Part shown: positions 20,605 to 30,540 of the stretch, piece after piece
Numbering within the stretch: position 1 is the stretch's first letter
Layout of the letters: every line of letters starts with the position of its first letter
Origin: Candidatus Kapaibacterium sp.
GTDB taxonomy: Bacteria; Bacteroidota; Ignavibacteria; Kapaibacteriales; UBA2268
Length of the DNA stretch: 64,000 bases
Reading direction: 5' to 3'
NCBI GenBank assembly: GCA_963665665.1
Contig: OY762428.1
Span: forward strand, 5,376,001 to 5,440,000
Notes under the pieces: generated by a model
What the model was told of the DNA's origin: nothing
What the model saw: the letters and a program-made list of their open reading frames with translations, nothing else
Database searches by the model: none
Made by a program: the position numbers and the translations under genes

Positions 20605-21379
20605 GGCGGTCAATTTTTTTTGAAAAGATTTTCTCTACTTCTTTCCGGACTGCCAATTCAATTTGTTCTTTCCGGATAATTTCTGCCGACTTATTCAATT
20701 CTTTCACAGTTTCACTGAATTGATTAAGTTTTTCACCTGTTTTATTCATACTATCAAGAAGTTTAGGGTTCGGAGCCACTGCCTGAGCAGTATTATCGGC
20801 AATCTTGCTAATTTCTCCGATCAATTCTTTCTGGTTTGCTATCATTTCACTAAAGGAATTCCCAAGTTCTTCAAGGCGGATCTCTAAAGAAGCAAAGTCA
20901 CGCCCTATCTCACCAATCTCCATCAGCAATTCATTCTCTTCGGATTCTTCGTCGTCCTCCGGTAATTCGTCGTGAGGTGAAAACAGCATTACAATAAATA
21001 GAAACAGAAGCATTAAAGCTTCGAAAATAATACCCATTATAACAATATCATCATTAACAATATCCGAAAACCTTCGAATACCTATCAGAACGAGCAATAC
21101 CGCAGCACCGAAATAAACAAAGGAATTGAATGAAGAATAGTAGAACCTGTTTACAATTTCTTCCATCCAAAGCCAGGTTCCTGAAACAAAACCAAGATGA
21201 TGAAGAATATTTATATCCTCACGGGCATACTTGCTAATTTCTTTATTTTGTACGCATATCCTCCAGGTTACTAAAAGAGTAGCTATTCCGGACATTTGCC
21301 TGCCGAACCTCAAATCTTTAAATAATTTCCTTAGCAGTTTCCTGCCTTCAAGTGATGTAAGAGCATCTATTTTTTTCAT
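20594..21379 (-). CDS. GldL/PorL-like two-TM protein with coiled-coil tail
   Basis: FNSFVYFGAAVLLV...MGIIFEALML...FSP resembles the GldL TM motifs (YGxGAAVVIVG...GLxTEAxIF...FEP); acidic linker and coiled-coil tail; GGAG RBS. Confidence 0.6.
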   Translation of the reverse strand: MKKIDALTSLEGRKLLRKLFKDLRFGRQMSGIATLLVTWRICVQNKEISKYAREDINILHHLGFVSGTWLWMEEIVNRFYYSSFNSFVYFGAAVLLVLIGIRRFSDIVNDDIVIMGIIFEALMLLFLFIVMLFSPHDELPEDDEESEENELLMEIGEIGRDFASLEIRLEELGNSFSEMIANQKELIGEISKIADNTAQAVAPNPKLLDSMNKTGEKLNQFSETVKELNKSAEIIRKEQIELAVRKEVEKIFSKKIDRHEG

Positions 21380-21439
21380 TAACAACTCCGATATATTCCT
21401 GTCTTAAGATAATCATCAAATCAAATATCATACCTATTA

Positions 21440-22522
21440 TCAGGTTTTTGTCCTGAAAAGCACAATAATACCGGCAATAAAAAATATCATATTTGCCAGC
21501 CAGCCGAAGAACCAGGGCTCGTAACTCATGGAATAACCTATAGCCTTGCCAATATTCAGAAAAAGCAGGTAGAAAATTGAAATAACCATTGCAGCTCCTA
21601 TTTGCAGAGCAATTCCACCCTTCTTACGAACTGATGCGAATGGAACGCCAAAAAGGATGACGATAAAATTAGCAAAAGGAAAAGCATACTCGCCATAATA
21701 ATCAATCATGTACTTACGAACATCCTTCCCACCCTGCTTCATCAGAGCAATATAATCTCTTAATTCATCAAGATTCATTTCTTTAATTGATTTTTTTAGC
21801 TTAACAATCTGACTATGAGATATTTTCAGGCTCACATACAAAGTATCAAAGGTTTTCGTATCAACCTTATTTTTTGAATATTCACGGCTGATTCCGCCAA
21901 TAAGCATCCAATTATTTGAAACAGTATCCCATTTTATTTTTTGTGCTTCCGTTCTTTTTACGAGCCGTGGAGATAAACCTTCGGTGTAAGTCTCAATACT
22001 GACTTTATTCCCGTATCTTGATTTTGCGTTATAATATCTCATTACAACATTGGTTGTAGGGTTATCCCTGAAATACAAATTATAAATAGGGCCGCCGTGT
22101 TTTCCCTTTTTTAAATATTTGCTTTCTATATCCAGTTTTTTTTCAACTGCTTCAGGAACAATCCATCCGTTGAAATAAAGCTGCCCCAAACTAATTGCCA
22201 GGCTAAAAAAAACGAGTGGGATCATCAACCTGTACAGGCTCATGCCGCCGGATTTCATTGCTGTTATTTCATTTGTTGTGGACATCCTGCCAATTGTAAA
22301 CAAGGTAGATAGCAGGGTGGCTATCGGAGTGATTATTTTGATAATCTCCGGGAATGTATAAATATAATATTCTGCGATCAGCCCGAATGAAGCATCCTGA
22401 TCCAGAAATTCATCGAGGTTTTCGAGCAAATTTACGATCAGATAAATTATGCACAGGGCAAAAAGGGAAAAGAATATCGTCCCGAGAAAATTTTTAATGA
22501 TATATCTGTCAAGAATATTCAT
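21440..22522 (-). CDS. lptG: LPS export ABC permease LptF/LptG family (LptG-like)
   Basis: MNILDRYIIK, NEITAMKSGGMSLYR, AFPFANFIVILFGVP, WLANMIF. Confidence 0.85.
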   Translation of the reverse strand: MNILDRYIIKNFLGTIFFSLFALCIIYLIVNLLENLDEFLDQDASFGLIAEYYIYTFPEIIKIITPIATLLSTLFTIGRMSTTNEITAMKSGGMSLYRLMIPLVFFSLAISLGQLYFNGWIVPEAVEKKLDIESKYLKKGKHGGPIYNLYFRDNPTTNVVMRYYNAKSRYGNKVSIETYTEGLSPRLVKRTEAQKIKWDTVSNNWMLIGGISREYSKNKVDTKTFDTLYVSLKISHSQIVKLKKSIKEMNLDELRDYIALMKQGGKDVRKYMIDYYGEYAFPFANFIVILFGVPFASVRKKGGIALQIGAAMVISIFYLLFLNIGKAIGYSMSYEPWFFGWLANMIFFIAGIIVLFRTKT

Positions 22523-22523
22523 A

Positions 22524-23390
22524 TCAGTCCAACCTTGCCCTTGAACTTAGCAAAGCAGTTATAAAAACAATAAGATATTCGAATATAATGGAAATTATAA
22601 AACCGCTTATAAATACAGCACTAATATCAATATTCAGCCATGCAAATTTCTCGCTTCCAAGGCTCCAGAGTATAATAACAAGACACATCCCGAAAGCTAT
22701 TCCGGCCAATGCAGAAAAGAAAATATAAATAACCTGGGGCATCATAGAAAATATTTTCCCTGCGCCAAGAGAGTAATATATTTTTAAATCGTCGTGATAG
22801 TTGTTAAACGTATGCTTTATTGTATTGAAAATTATATAAGTTAAAACAGACAATACAAAAAACAGCGCAACAAGCATTATAGAAGAAGCCCTGTCATTTA
22901 GCTCAAATACGGAATTGATAAAATCATCCCTGAAAAGAACATCTTTTACAAGTTCATACTTACCGATTCGGTCAAGTAATTTACTGAAAGCCAGGCTGTT
23001 TTGTGATTCACGGTTGATATGCAGTGTGGCAGTACCGGGGAACTCTCTTTCAAAAATAAGATTGGTTCCCTGCAGGTCGAACTCCTTAATAAAATCTTTT
23101 GCCGCCTGTTCTGGTGATATTCTTTCTATATCATCAACAAATCCTGTATTCGATATGCTGATCAGAAAATTATTAATCTTTTCTTCTTCGGCATAGGGAT
23201 CAAATACAACCGTAAGGTTGAAATTTTCAGATAAAGATTCCAGTTCGTTTTCAACTGCAAAATATGCTATTACTGACAGTACCGTGCCCAGCCCTACAAT
23301 AGTTGATGCTAAAAAAATACGAACAGTATCAGAAGTGCGTATTCTGAATATTCTTAAAGCAGCGTTAATTATAAATTTAAATCTCATCAC
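22524..23390 (-). CDS. FtsX-like permease
   Basis: One TM, a periplasmic loop (ERISPEQAAKDF), then three TMs with FNTIK...SLGA. Confidence 0.65.
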   Translation of the reverse strand: MMRFKFIINAALRIFRIRTSDTVRIFLASTIVGLGTVLSVIAYFAVENELESLSENFNLTVVFDPYAEEEKINNFLISISNTGFVDDIERISPEQAAKDFIKEFDLQGTNLIFEREFPGTATLHINRESQNSLAFSKLLDRIGKYELVKDVLFRDDFINSVFELNDRASSIMLVALFFVLSVLTYIIFNTIKHTFNNYHDDLKIYYSLGAGKIFSMMPQVIYIFFSALAGIAFGMCLVIILWSLGSEKFAWLNIDISAVFISGFIISIIFEYLIVFITALLSSRARLD

Positions 23391-24688
23391 TTTCCGAATT
23401 TTTTTCTAATGAAATTAATTGAATCTCCAAATGCCCTGAAGAAAAGAGATAAAGGAAATTCAAATCGTTTCCTCAACATAAACAGGCCAATAATGCCAAA
23501 AGCATAATAGAAAGAAACAAGCCCCAACGGTGACAATACAGGCTTATTAATATGGCCTGCAACTGCAAAACCGATAAATCCGAAAATAAGGGATAAAACA
23601 GTAATCTGCAATACCTTTTCCGGATGCCCTTGTGCCTGAATTATTACCGGTAAAATTACAAACGGAAAAGCAAGGGCTGCTATCAACAAAATATTAAACT
23701 GCCCTGCTGCCATTGAATACGATGCCGGCAGAAAATTAGCGGTAATAAAGTCTGTAAATCCAAGCCATAATATTATAGCGCCAATAAAAAATGCCGCGAA
23801 CATAAAGGATGATGCTTTGGTGAACAGGTCTATCAGTTCTTTCTTTTTATTTTCATTTATCAATTTAACTGCCACCGGATATATTAGCCCGTATGAAGCG
23901 TTGGTAGCTTCGTCAAATACGCGGAACAGACTTTTTGCAGATCCGTAAACTGCTGTTGTCTCAGTTCCGAAAAATCTCTGGACAACCAGGACATCCAAAG
24001 TTTTCGGCAACGAGTACAAGCCGGAATTAAGCATTACCGGCAAGCCGAATTTCAGCATTTGCTTAAGACGTATGGTTCCGGTAAGCGAAAATTGTAAATC
24101 TTTTTTTGACAATATTATCGAGAATATGGAACTTAGTACCGAACCAGCAAGGAAGATATTTGCAATATCGTCGAAAAGAAAGTCATCAGCGGAAAATATA
24201 ATAATAAACGTGAGAGCAGTCATTGAGCCGAAATGAATAAAATCTGTGATGAAAACTTTTTTCAGGTCTCGGTTTCGGTAGAATATTTTTATGGCAAACA
24301 TCCTGGGAATTGTTATAATAGCAAATATTGGCAGGTAATTAGCTACCAGAATCAATTTTTCTTCATTGAAAATCTCAGCGAACGATTCGTTGAAAAGGAA
24401 GATAAATAGCGATATGCCAAGAGCAATTGCTACGTGAACAGACAAAGCTATGGCATTGGCTTTTTTTCTGCTTTCCTCTTTCATACCAAATTGAATTAGT
24501 CCCTGCAATGCCATTGAATCGCATATTATGAAAATATAATTATTCATCGACAGCAACAGGTAAAATAGCCCCCAGTCCACCTTCGGCAGGTGGTTGATCT
24601 GAAACAATGTGACTAAACCGTAAATAATCAGGATAACCTTATCTGCGGCTGACCATGAAATTTTATCAATATGTTCCTGAATTCTCAT
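23387..24688 (-). CDS. Oligosaccharide flippase (Wzx/MOP family)
   Basis: About 12 hydrophobic helices; MLKFGLP...LDVLVVQRFFGTETTAVYG. Confidence 0.8.
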   Translation of the reverse strand: MRIQEHIDKISWSAADKVILIIYGLVTLFQINHLPKVDWGLFYLLLSMNNYIFIICDSMALQGLIQFGMKEESRKKANAIALSVHVAIALGISLFIFLFNESFAEIFNEEKLILVANYLPIFAIITIPRMFAIKIFYRNRDLKKVFITDFIHFGSMTALTFIIIFSADDFLFDDIANIFLAGSVLSSIFSIILSKKDLQFSLTGTIRLKQMLKFGLPVMLNSGLYSLPKTLDVLVVQRFFGTETTAVYGSAKSLFRVFDEATNASYGLIYPVAVKLINENKKKELIDLFTKASSFMFAAFFIGAIILWLGFTDFITANFLPASYSMAAGQFNILLIAALAFPFVILPVIIQAQGHPEKVLQITVLSLIFGFIGFAVAGHINKPVLSPLGLVSFYYAFGIIGLFMLRKRFEFPLSLFFRAFGDSINFIRKKFGK

Positions 24689-26763
24689 TTGTTTAGTTTA
24701 ACTGCCCATTTAATTTTATTTTCAAAGTTTTCAATTACAATTTTCTTTGTCTTTTTTAACAATCCGTAAGACGGGGAATAAAATTCATCAGCAACATTTG
24801 CACTTCCATTGTTGAAGCTGATAAGAAGTTCAATTCCCTCATTTTTCAAAACTATGGAATTTTCGCTTCTGTTCTGAATTATTTCAATATCCGAAGCCAA
24901 AATAAATACAATAGATTTTTGTCCCTCAGCGCTGCACTCGTCCATACCTTCAATTGTTGTATCGGATAGCTTCAAACTTCTTATGTGAGGCTGGCCATAA
25001 CCATTATGTCGTGCTTTTATGCTATTCGGGGTCATCTCATCAATTTTTGAGTATGTTTTTTCTTTCAGCCAGAACAGATCATTCCTGGTATTTCCAAAGG
25101 GATGGTTTTGCTCAATATCATTGATTATCAATGTATTATGCCGGTTAGTCGATCTGAAATAATTGCGTTTCTCATGATATGCTGTATAATTAAATGTACC
25201 CGGATCAATAAATATCTCAATACCCTTAACTGATAAATAGATTGTGAGCTGATCGTTATGAGCGTGGCCTCCCTTCCCTTTTTGCCCTACGGAACCACAG
25301 CGCAATGTACAAAATATTGTTTCATTCCTTAAGATGTAAAGCCCAAAATCCGGGAAATTATTTTTAATCTCCGGTTTGGGAAAGGAATATATACTAATAT
25401 CATCAGAATTGTATATATCTTTGGAATTATAAATATTTATAAAATTTGATTGATACATTTCCAACACTCTGGCATTTGGATTTACCATTTTTACCGGAGG
25501 TAATATTGAAAAGAAATATCCACTGTCGTCATCGCCGATCAGCGGCATATTATTATTTTTATCAAGGATAGAAAAGCTGAATGAAGCAATATCTTGTAAA
25601 ATCGATTTCAATTTTTCGGAAAATATAATCTTAGAATCTGAAACAGATAATCCTGTTTTTTCAATATCAAATATATTTTCTAATTTCTTAATATTATTAA
25701 TACTTAAATTATTAATCATTCTGTAGGTAAATAAAATAATTTCAGCGGCAAGATTGTGATAAGAGCTTGATGCCTCGAAATTTGATCCGTCCGGATTGAA
25801 TTGCCAGGATAATTCGATATATAGTTTTTCAACATAAGTATTTAATATTTCAATTATCTTCTCATCAGCATCAAAATAACAGCAAATAATGATTATTCCG
25901 CAAATATTTGTCAGGTAATGATTTCCCCTCATACCTGAAGACCATTCGTCATTGGAAATTATATGCTCCATGTGGTACAATATACTCTGGCGGAAGGCAA
26001 TATCAATTTCATCTGAAAATCCAAGCCCCTGATTTGCAAATATCTCTCTTGTTATCAGCCAGTTAACAGCCCTGATAGAAACATCCATTGAAGTCATCCA
26101 CTGCGGGCCGAACCGCGGAGGATTGGATATAATGAAATCAATCAGCTGATCCTGAAATTCAATAAAATATCTCTTTTTTTCACTTATATCATCTGATAAA
26201 GCAGCAGCTATTGCTAAGGCAGGCAAATGCTGCATTCGTCCTAATTCCCAGGGAACCTTAATATCCGGGCCTTCAACATGGCCATAGTCAATATCCTTAT
26301 ACCATTGCATGGCATCCCATCTATATCCGATTTTAAAATCAATATGCCAGTCAATAAGCTGGTAGCCATGTGATAGTTTTTCAATTAATCCTGATATTGC
26401 TTTGTAATTTTCCTTGTGAAGTCTATCCTGTAAGAGGTTTGAATTACTAATGTTTGCATTTGCTCCTATATTCTTTCTCAAACATAGTTCAACCGGGCCG
26501 GATCCGAGAAAATCAAATACATGCCTGCATGATTGATCAGCATAATCAATTACTTCATCTCTAAGATTTATTTTGTAATCAGGATTGAAATTTGAATTAG
26601 TAATTTCAGGAGGATTAGCATCAAAGTTATATGTTGATGAGTTTAAATCTTTTTTTCTTGATGAGTTATCTTTAATAACTGAGGAAACCTTTTTAAAAGC
26701 TTTCCTAAAAGCAACCCCCGGCGAAACTGACACTGCCTGCGATATTAATGATTTTAAACTCAA
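24685..26763 (-). CDS. Heparinase II/III-like family protein
   Basis: DIKVPWELGRMQH, GNHYL, DGSNFEASSSYH, GHAHND, DPGTFNYT, FRSTNRHNT. Confidence 0.88.
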   Translation of the reverse strand: MSLKSLISQAVSVSPGVAFRKAFKKVSSVIKDNSSRKKDLNSSTYNFDANPPEITNSNFNPDYKINLRDEVIDYADQSCRHVFDFLGSGPVELCLRKNIGANANISNSNLLQDRLHKENYKAISGLIEKLSHGYQLIDWHIDFKIGYRWDAMQWYKDIDYGHVEGPDIKVPWELGRMQHLPALAIAAALSDDISEKKRYFIEFQDQLIDFIISNPPRFGPQWMTSMDVSIRAVNWLITREIFANQGLGFSDEIDIAFRQSILYHMEHIISNDEWSSGMRGNHYLTNICGIIIICCYFDADEKIIEILNTYVEKLYIELSWQFNPDGSNFEASSSYHNLAAEIILFTYRMINNLSINNIKKLENIFDIEKTGLSVSDSKIIFSEKLKSILQDIASFSFSILDKNNNMPLIGDDDSGYFFSILPPVKMVNPNARVLEMYQSNFINIYNSKDIYNSDDISIYSFPKPEIKNNFPDFGLYILRNETIFCTLRCGSVGQKGKGGHAHNDQLTIYLSVKGIEIFIDPGTFNYTAYHEKRNYFRSTNRHNTLIINDIEQNHPFGNTRNDLFWLKEKTYSKIDEMTPNSIKARHNGYGQPHIRSLKLSDTTIEGMDECSAEGQKSIVFILASDIEIIQNRSENSIVLKNEGIELLISFNNGSANVADEFYSPSYGLLKKTKKIVIENFENKIKWAVKLNK

Positions 26764-26885
26764 TACTCTCTTCGATATTAAAATTACAATAAACGTAAAG
26801 ATAAAGGATTTTTTAAAATTATTTCGTAATTTATCAGTCTAATAGAAAAGTTTTTTGTTATTTATTCTAATTACAAGGTTAATCA

Positions 26886-27071
26886 ATGGAAATTAAGAAA
26901 CCAACAAGCAAAGACATCCATGACTACGAAATACTGATCCGCAGAACCGGAGTTGAAGAATATTCATCTTATTGTCCTCAGCTTAATTATATGATTAAAG
27001 GAACAGTACACGAAGAAGTACAGGATCAGATGACCGATTACGTAAAGAAATACATTGATTCTCTGAACTAA
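26886..27071 (+). CDS. Small HicB-like (partial RNase H fold) protein
   Basis: YEILI...EYSSYCPQL...KGTVHEEV pattern of the HicB N-domain; AAGG RBS; own downstream terminator. Confidence 0.6.
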   Translation: MEIKKPTSKDIHDYEILIRRTGVEEYSSYCPQLNYMIKGTVHEEVQDQMTDYVKKYIDSLN

Positions 27072-27090
27072 GAAATCAGTTAAAAATAGA

Positions 27091-27125
27091 ATAAAGCCGG
27101 AAACTATGTGTGGTTCCGGCTTTAT
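27091..27125. terminator. Bidirectional terminator
   Basis: ataaagccggaa ... ttccggctttat. Confidence 0.7.
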
Positions 27126-27149
27126 TTATTTGGTCTTATTATTTCAGGA

Positions 27150-29723
27150 TCATCTGTTCAGAACAACTGTTTCGCTGTATTTTTTACCACCCACACTTAT
27201 ATTTACTATATAAGTCCCTGATGATAATTTCATTCCTGTAGCATCGCATCCGTTCCATTCAAGCGAATAATTCCTTGCAGGAAGGCTTCCATTATGTAAA
27301 TCTGCAAGCTTTCTTCCGCTAATATCATAAACAGAACATGTAACATTCTGTCCTGCATTCCTGCTGTCAACACGGAAGAATATTGTAGTAGATTCAACAA
27401 AGGGGTTAGGATATGAATTTATCTCGAAAGGATTTTCTGATTCTTCTTCAACTCCGGTAGCCACTGTAGGCAGTGATAACGGAGCATTGCTTCTTATAGC
27501 TCCTTTATCATCTGTCTGGTAAAGATCGCATATTTCAGGGCGCATAACGGCATATTGCTGCTCTTCTGTGAAATTATCAGTCCAAATTTCATCAGTCAAT
27601 CTTTTGAAGTTCAGGCTAATGTGTTCGTAGTAGCTCATTACGGGACCCACATAAGCAGTTTCTTCCCCATCTTCATTTTCATTGTATATTACGCAAAGAT
27701 TTAACGGCCCGGTACCAACATGCAATACCTTACCAACCGGGTTGCCGGCTTCATCAGTAGGCTGCGTATGAACGTCTGCAACAACGTAGTCGACAGTATT
27801 CATTGCATCGCCAAAATCGAGATAAAGGTCTGCATACCAGCCTGTTGGAGTAACAACACAGCCCATACTTTCGCTGTAGAACCTTCCGAGGAATCCGTTC
27901 TCAGCATCGCTTAACAGATCTCCTGCAAGCATCTTAGTGGAAATTGTATAACATGTATCATTGATATTCTTCATATTGTCAAGATATCGGAATATCATCT
28001 GAATTCTCCATGAATCATATCCTTCAAGAGATTCTTTGAAAATATCACTCGCATTTTGAGAAAGATCAATAAAAGCCTTATACAAATCAGGGTTGGGCTC
28101 CAGGAAAACATGCGGGAATGAACATGTAGCGCCGCCGGTATAGCTTTGTTTTGCGTAAAGCAGGTTGTCATGGCGAAGCTGTGCCCAGGAAGCAAGCTGA
28201 GTATTTATCTGGCTCTGCTGCCAGTTAGCTGTCTGCATAAATTCCGGGAATTTTTTTAGTTCTGCTTTTTCCGGAGCGTTTAGTGTTCTGATAACATTCA
28301 GCCATGAATTATATATAGATGATGTCCAGAAATCATCTTTATAAGAATCAATGAGGTATCTCATTGCAGCAAGATTACTGCCATACGGATACTCTTCCAT
28401 TTCGTCTTTCAGCAGATAAGAAGCAGCATTATTCCCCAATGCAAATATCACATCAAGAGATGAAGGCATCATTCTCATTACTTTTTTGTTTTCAAATAGA
28501 ATCCTGTCGTAAACAACATTGCTGAAAACATAGGAATCAATAACAAAACGCTGGCCAAATAGCATAAATGCAGAGGCAGGTTCAATCTGATCAGGTGTTA
28601 GCGGGTCTGACATTAATATCTGGGACAAAATCTTCTGGCCGGCATAAGATTTTGTTTTAAGAAGGTCTTTGAACTCTTCGCACTTTTCAAGGCTTGTCAA
28701 ATCCCGGGGGCCTGAAATAGAAAGTTCACCGGCAAGTTCTATCATGTGATTAACTTTTACGTTATCACTTTCACCAACCATAGTAGTAATGATAGCATCC
28801 ATGTTGTCAAGATTTTCACCAGCGCCTGAACTCTCAGTAGATTTTGCTATAAGATAAGAACCAATAATCTGCCTGCGGATATCTTCGGGTGTTTGTTTCG
28901 GGCAGTCATCCGATTTCGGAGCAATAAGATAAAATTCCGTTCTGCCAAGCCAGATCATCGATTTGAAATATTTTTTCAATACTTCAGTATCAGTATAATG
29001 TCCCCTTGGTGTAAACTGGCTGAAATCAATTGTCCTGGCAGTAGTTGAAAACAATTTATATACGCCAGGTTTCTCATTGTTGATCATCTGCATCAACTTA
29101 GCGATCTCGGATTCGTTTTCAGAGAAATAACAGGGATGTTTTGTACCTGTCAGCAAATCGTGAGCGATTGTGTAATAAACATCCATATCCATCAATGAGG
29201 TTTTAATAATCTCATCGGATCCGTATTCCATATCAAGTCTGCCAAGATCATTTCTTAAAGCTGATAACGCTCCGTCTAATTCATCAATTAATATCTCGGT
29301 TTCGAGATACTTCAATATCTGATCGTAAGACATGTGGAAAGCATGGAGAAATGCGTCGCTTGTTATAAACAATGGCAGGTCATTGTGCCAGATGTTTGAA
29401 TAAGCATGGCCGAAAGAAGTGCTGAAATCATCAATATCTCTTCCACTGACAACAAAATTATACTTTTCAAGCATTTCCTTTTCATCATTAGTAAGGCCGT
29501 ATTTCCCGAAAATACTATCCGCATATTCAGGAAGGTCATCATTCAGCGCTTTGTCCAGATAAATCCCCGGAGGATACATCTGCTGTAACTGCGAGTTAGT
29601 CATATCCTGATTGTCATTTAAAAACTTCACGTAATTCTCAACCGAGAAATCATCCGAGTAGATTTTCCCGAAAGAAGCGAAAAGAATCAGGATAAAAGCC
29701 GTCGTAAAAATCTTTTTACCCAT
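27150..29723 (-). CDS. DUF3160-like secreted protein with T9SS/FlgD-Ig C-terminal domain
   Basis: PLFITSDAFLHAFH, DFSQFTPRGHY, GQRFVIDS, LASWAQLRHDNLLYAKQS, VADVHT; C-terminal SYPNPF...VYDISG...LSSGTY. GAGGT RBS before ATG 29723. Confidence 0.85.
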   Translation of the reverse strand: MGKKIFTTAFILILFASFGKIYSDDFSVENYVKFLNDNQDMTNSQLQQMYPPGIYLDKALNDDLPEYADSIFGKYGLTNDEKEMLEKYNFVVSGRDIDDFSTSFGHAYSNIWHNDLPLFITSDAFLHAFHMSYDQILKYLETEILIDELDGALSALRNDLGRLDMEYGSDEIIKTSLMDMDVYYTIAHDLLTGTKHPCYFSENESEIAKLMQMINNEKPGVYKLFSTTARTIDFSQFTPRGHYTDTEVLKKYFKSMIWLGRTEFYLIAPKSDDCPKQTPEDIRRQIIGSYLIAKSTESSGAGENLDNMDAIITTMVGESDNVKVNHMIELAGELSISGPRDLTSLEKCEEFKDLLKTKSYAGQKILSQILMSDPLTPDQIEPASAFMLFGQRFVIDSYVFSNVVYDRILFENKKVMRMMPSSLDVIFALGNNAASYLLKDEMEEYPYGSNLAAMRYLIDSYKDDFWTSSIYNSWLNVIRTLNAPEKAELKKFPEFMQTANWQQSQINTQLASWAQLRHDNLLYAKQSYTGGATCSFPHVFLEPNPDLYKAFIDLSQNASDIFKESLEGYDSWRIQMIFRYLDNMKNINDTCYTISTKMLAGDLLSDAENGFLGRFYSESMGCVVTPTGWYADLYLDFGDAMNTVDYVVADVHTQPTDEAGNPVGKVLHVGTGPLNLCVIYNENEDGEETAYVGPVMSYYEHISLNFKRLTDEIWTDNFTEEQQYAVMRPEICDLYQTDDKGAIRSNAPLSLPTVATGVEEESENPFEINSYPNPFVESTTIFFRVDSRNAGQNVTCSVYDISGRKLADLHNGSLPARNYSLEWNGCDATGMKLSSGTYIVNISVGGKKYSETVVLNR

Positions 29724-29965
29724 TTTTTTTACCTCAACTGTTAATGTTAGTAAAATTAAAATATAATAAAAACAAGTACTTGTGTCAACACATTTCTTGT
29801 TTTGATGGGATTTTTTTTCAAATTTTTTCGAATTTTCCCATCCCTTTACCATAGATTAACAGATTTGCAAAAAAAAGTTCCGCGCAAGCCAAAAAAAATG
29901 AGCGGAAGTAACCGCCCATTTAGGAAAATAAATTATAACATCGTTCTATTTCAGGTTGTTAGATT

Positions 29966-30391
29966 CTAATTCATTGATACTTCAGCAACTTCTTTTCTTT
30001 CAACCTCGGTTGTATAAACATCAAATGCCGGTGGATTTTCCATATATTGCTTTACTGCACATAGATTAGCAGCATTCACAAGAGCACCTTTATATTTTTC
30101 CGGGAAGCCCTTTGGCACCTGAATATCCAGAGCAATTGTGCCGATTCTTCTTTTTATCGGATCCCACTGGATTTTTTGTTCAATTTCTACTCCCTCGGTT
30201 GGAAGGTTTCGGCTCTGAAGAAAACTTAATACATATATTCCGGCGCAAGTTCCAAGCGATGCAAGAAAATAATCAAACGGGGCCGGAGCAGTACCATCGC
30301 CTCCACCCTGCCTTGCCTGGTCGGTATGAACTGTAAAACCATTAAAATTTGCATCTACTTTTTTGTTTCCGGGAAATGTAATCTTCATCAT
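29966..30391 (-). CDS. OsmC/Ohr family protein
   Basis: TDQ..GGDGTAPAPFDYFLASLGTCAG...LCAVK with two conserved Cys. Confidence 0.88.
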   Translation of the reverse strand: MMKITFPGNKKVDANFNGFTVHTDQARQGGGDGTAPAPFDYFLASLGTCAGIYVLSFLQSRNLPTEGVEIEQKIQWDPIKRRIGTIALDIQVPKGFPEKYKGALVNAANLCAVKQYMENPPAFDVYTTEVERKEVAEVSMN

Positions 30392-30474
30392 TTTTTTCAC
30401 CTATATTTAATTTTTTTAAAATTATATTATTAAATTGATTTTTTTACTGTGTGAATTTTAGTATTTAAATTATT

Positions 30475-30496
30475 TATATTACCAATTGGTAATATA
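30475..30496. promoter_or_regulatory. Perfect 22-bp palindrome, candidate transcription-factor operator
   Basis: TATATTACCAATTGGTAATATA between the divergent osmC and mltG genes. Confidence 0.55.
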
Positions 30497-30540
30497 GTCG
30501 AAATATCCGGCATTTTATTTGAACGAATTTATAACAAAAT

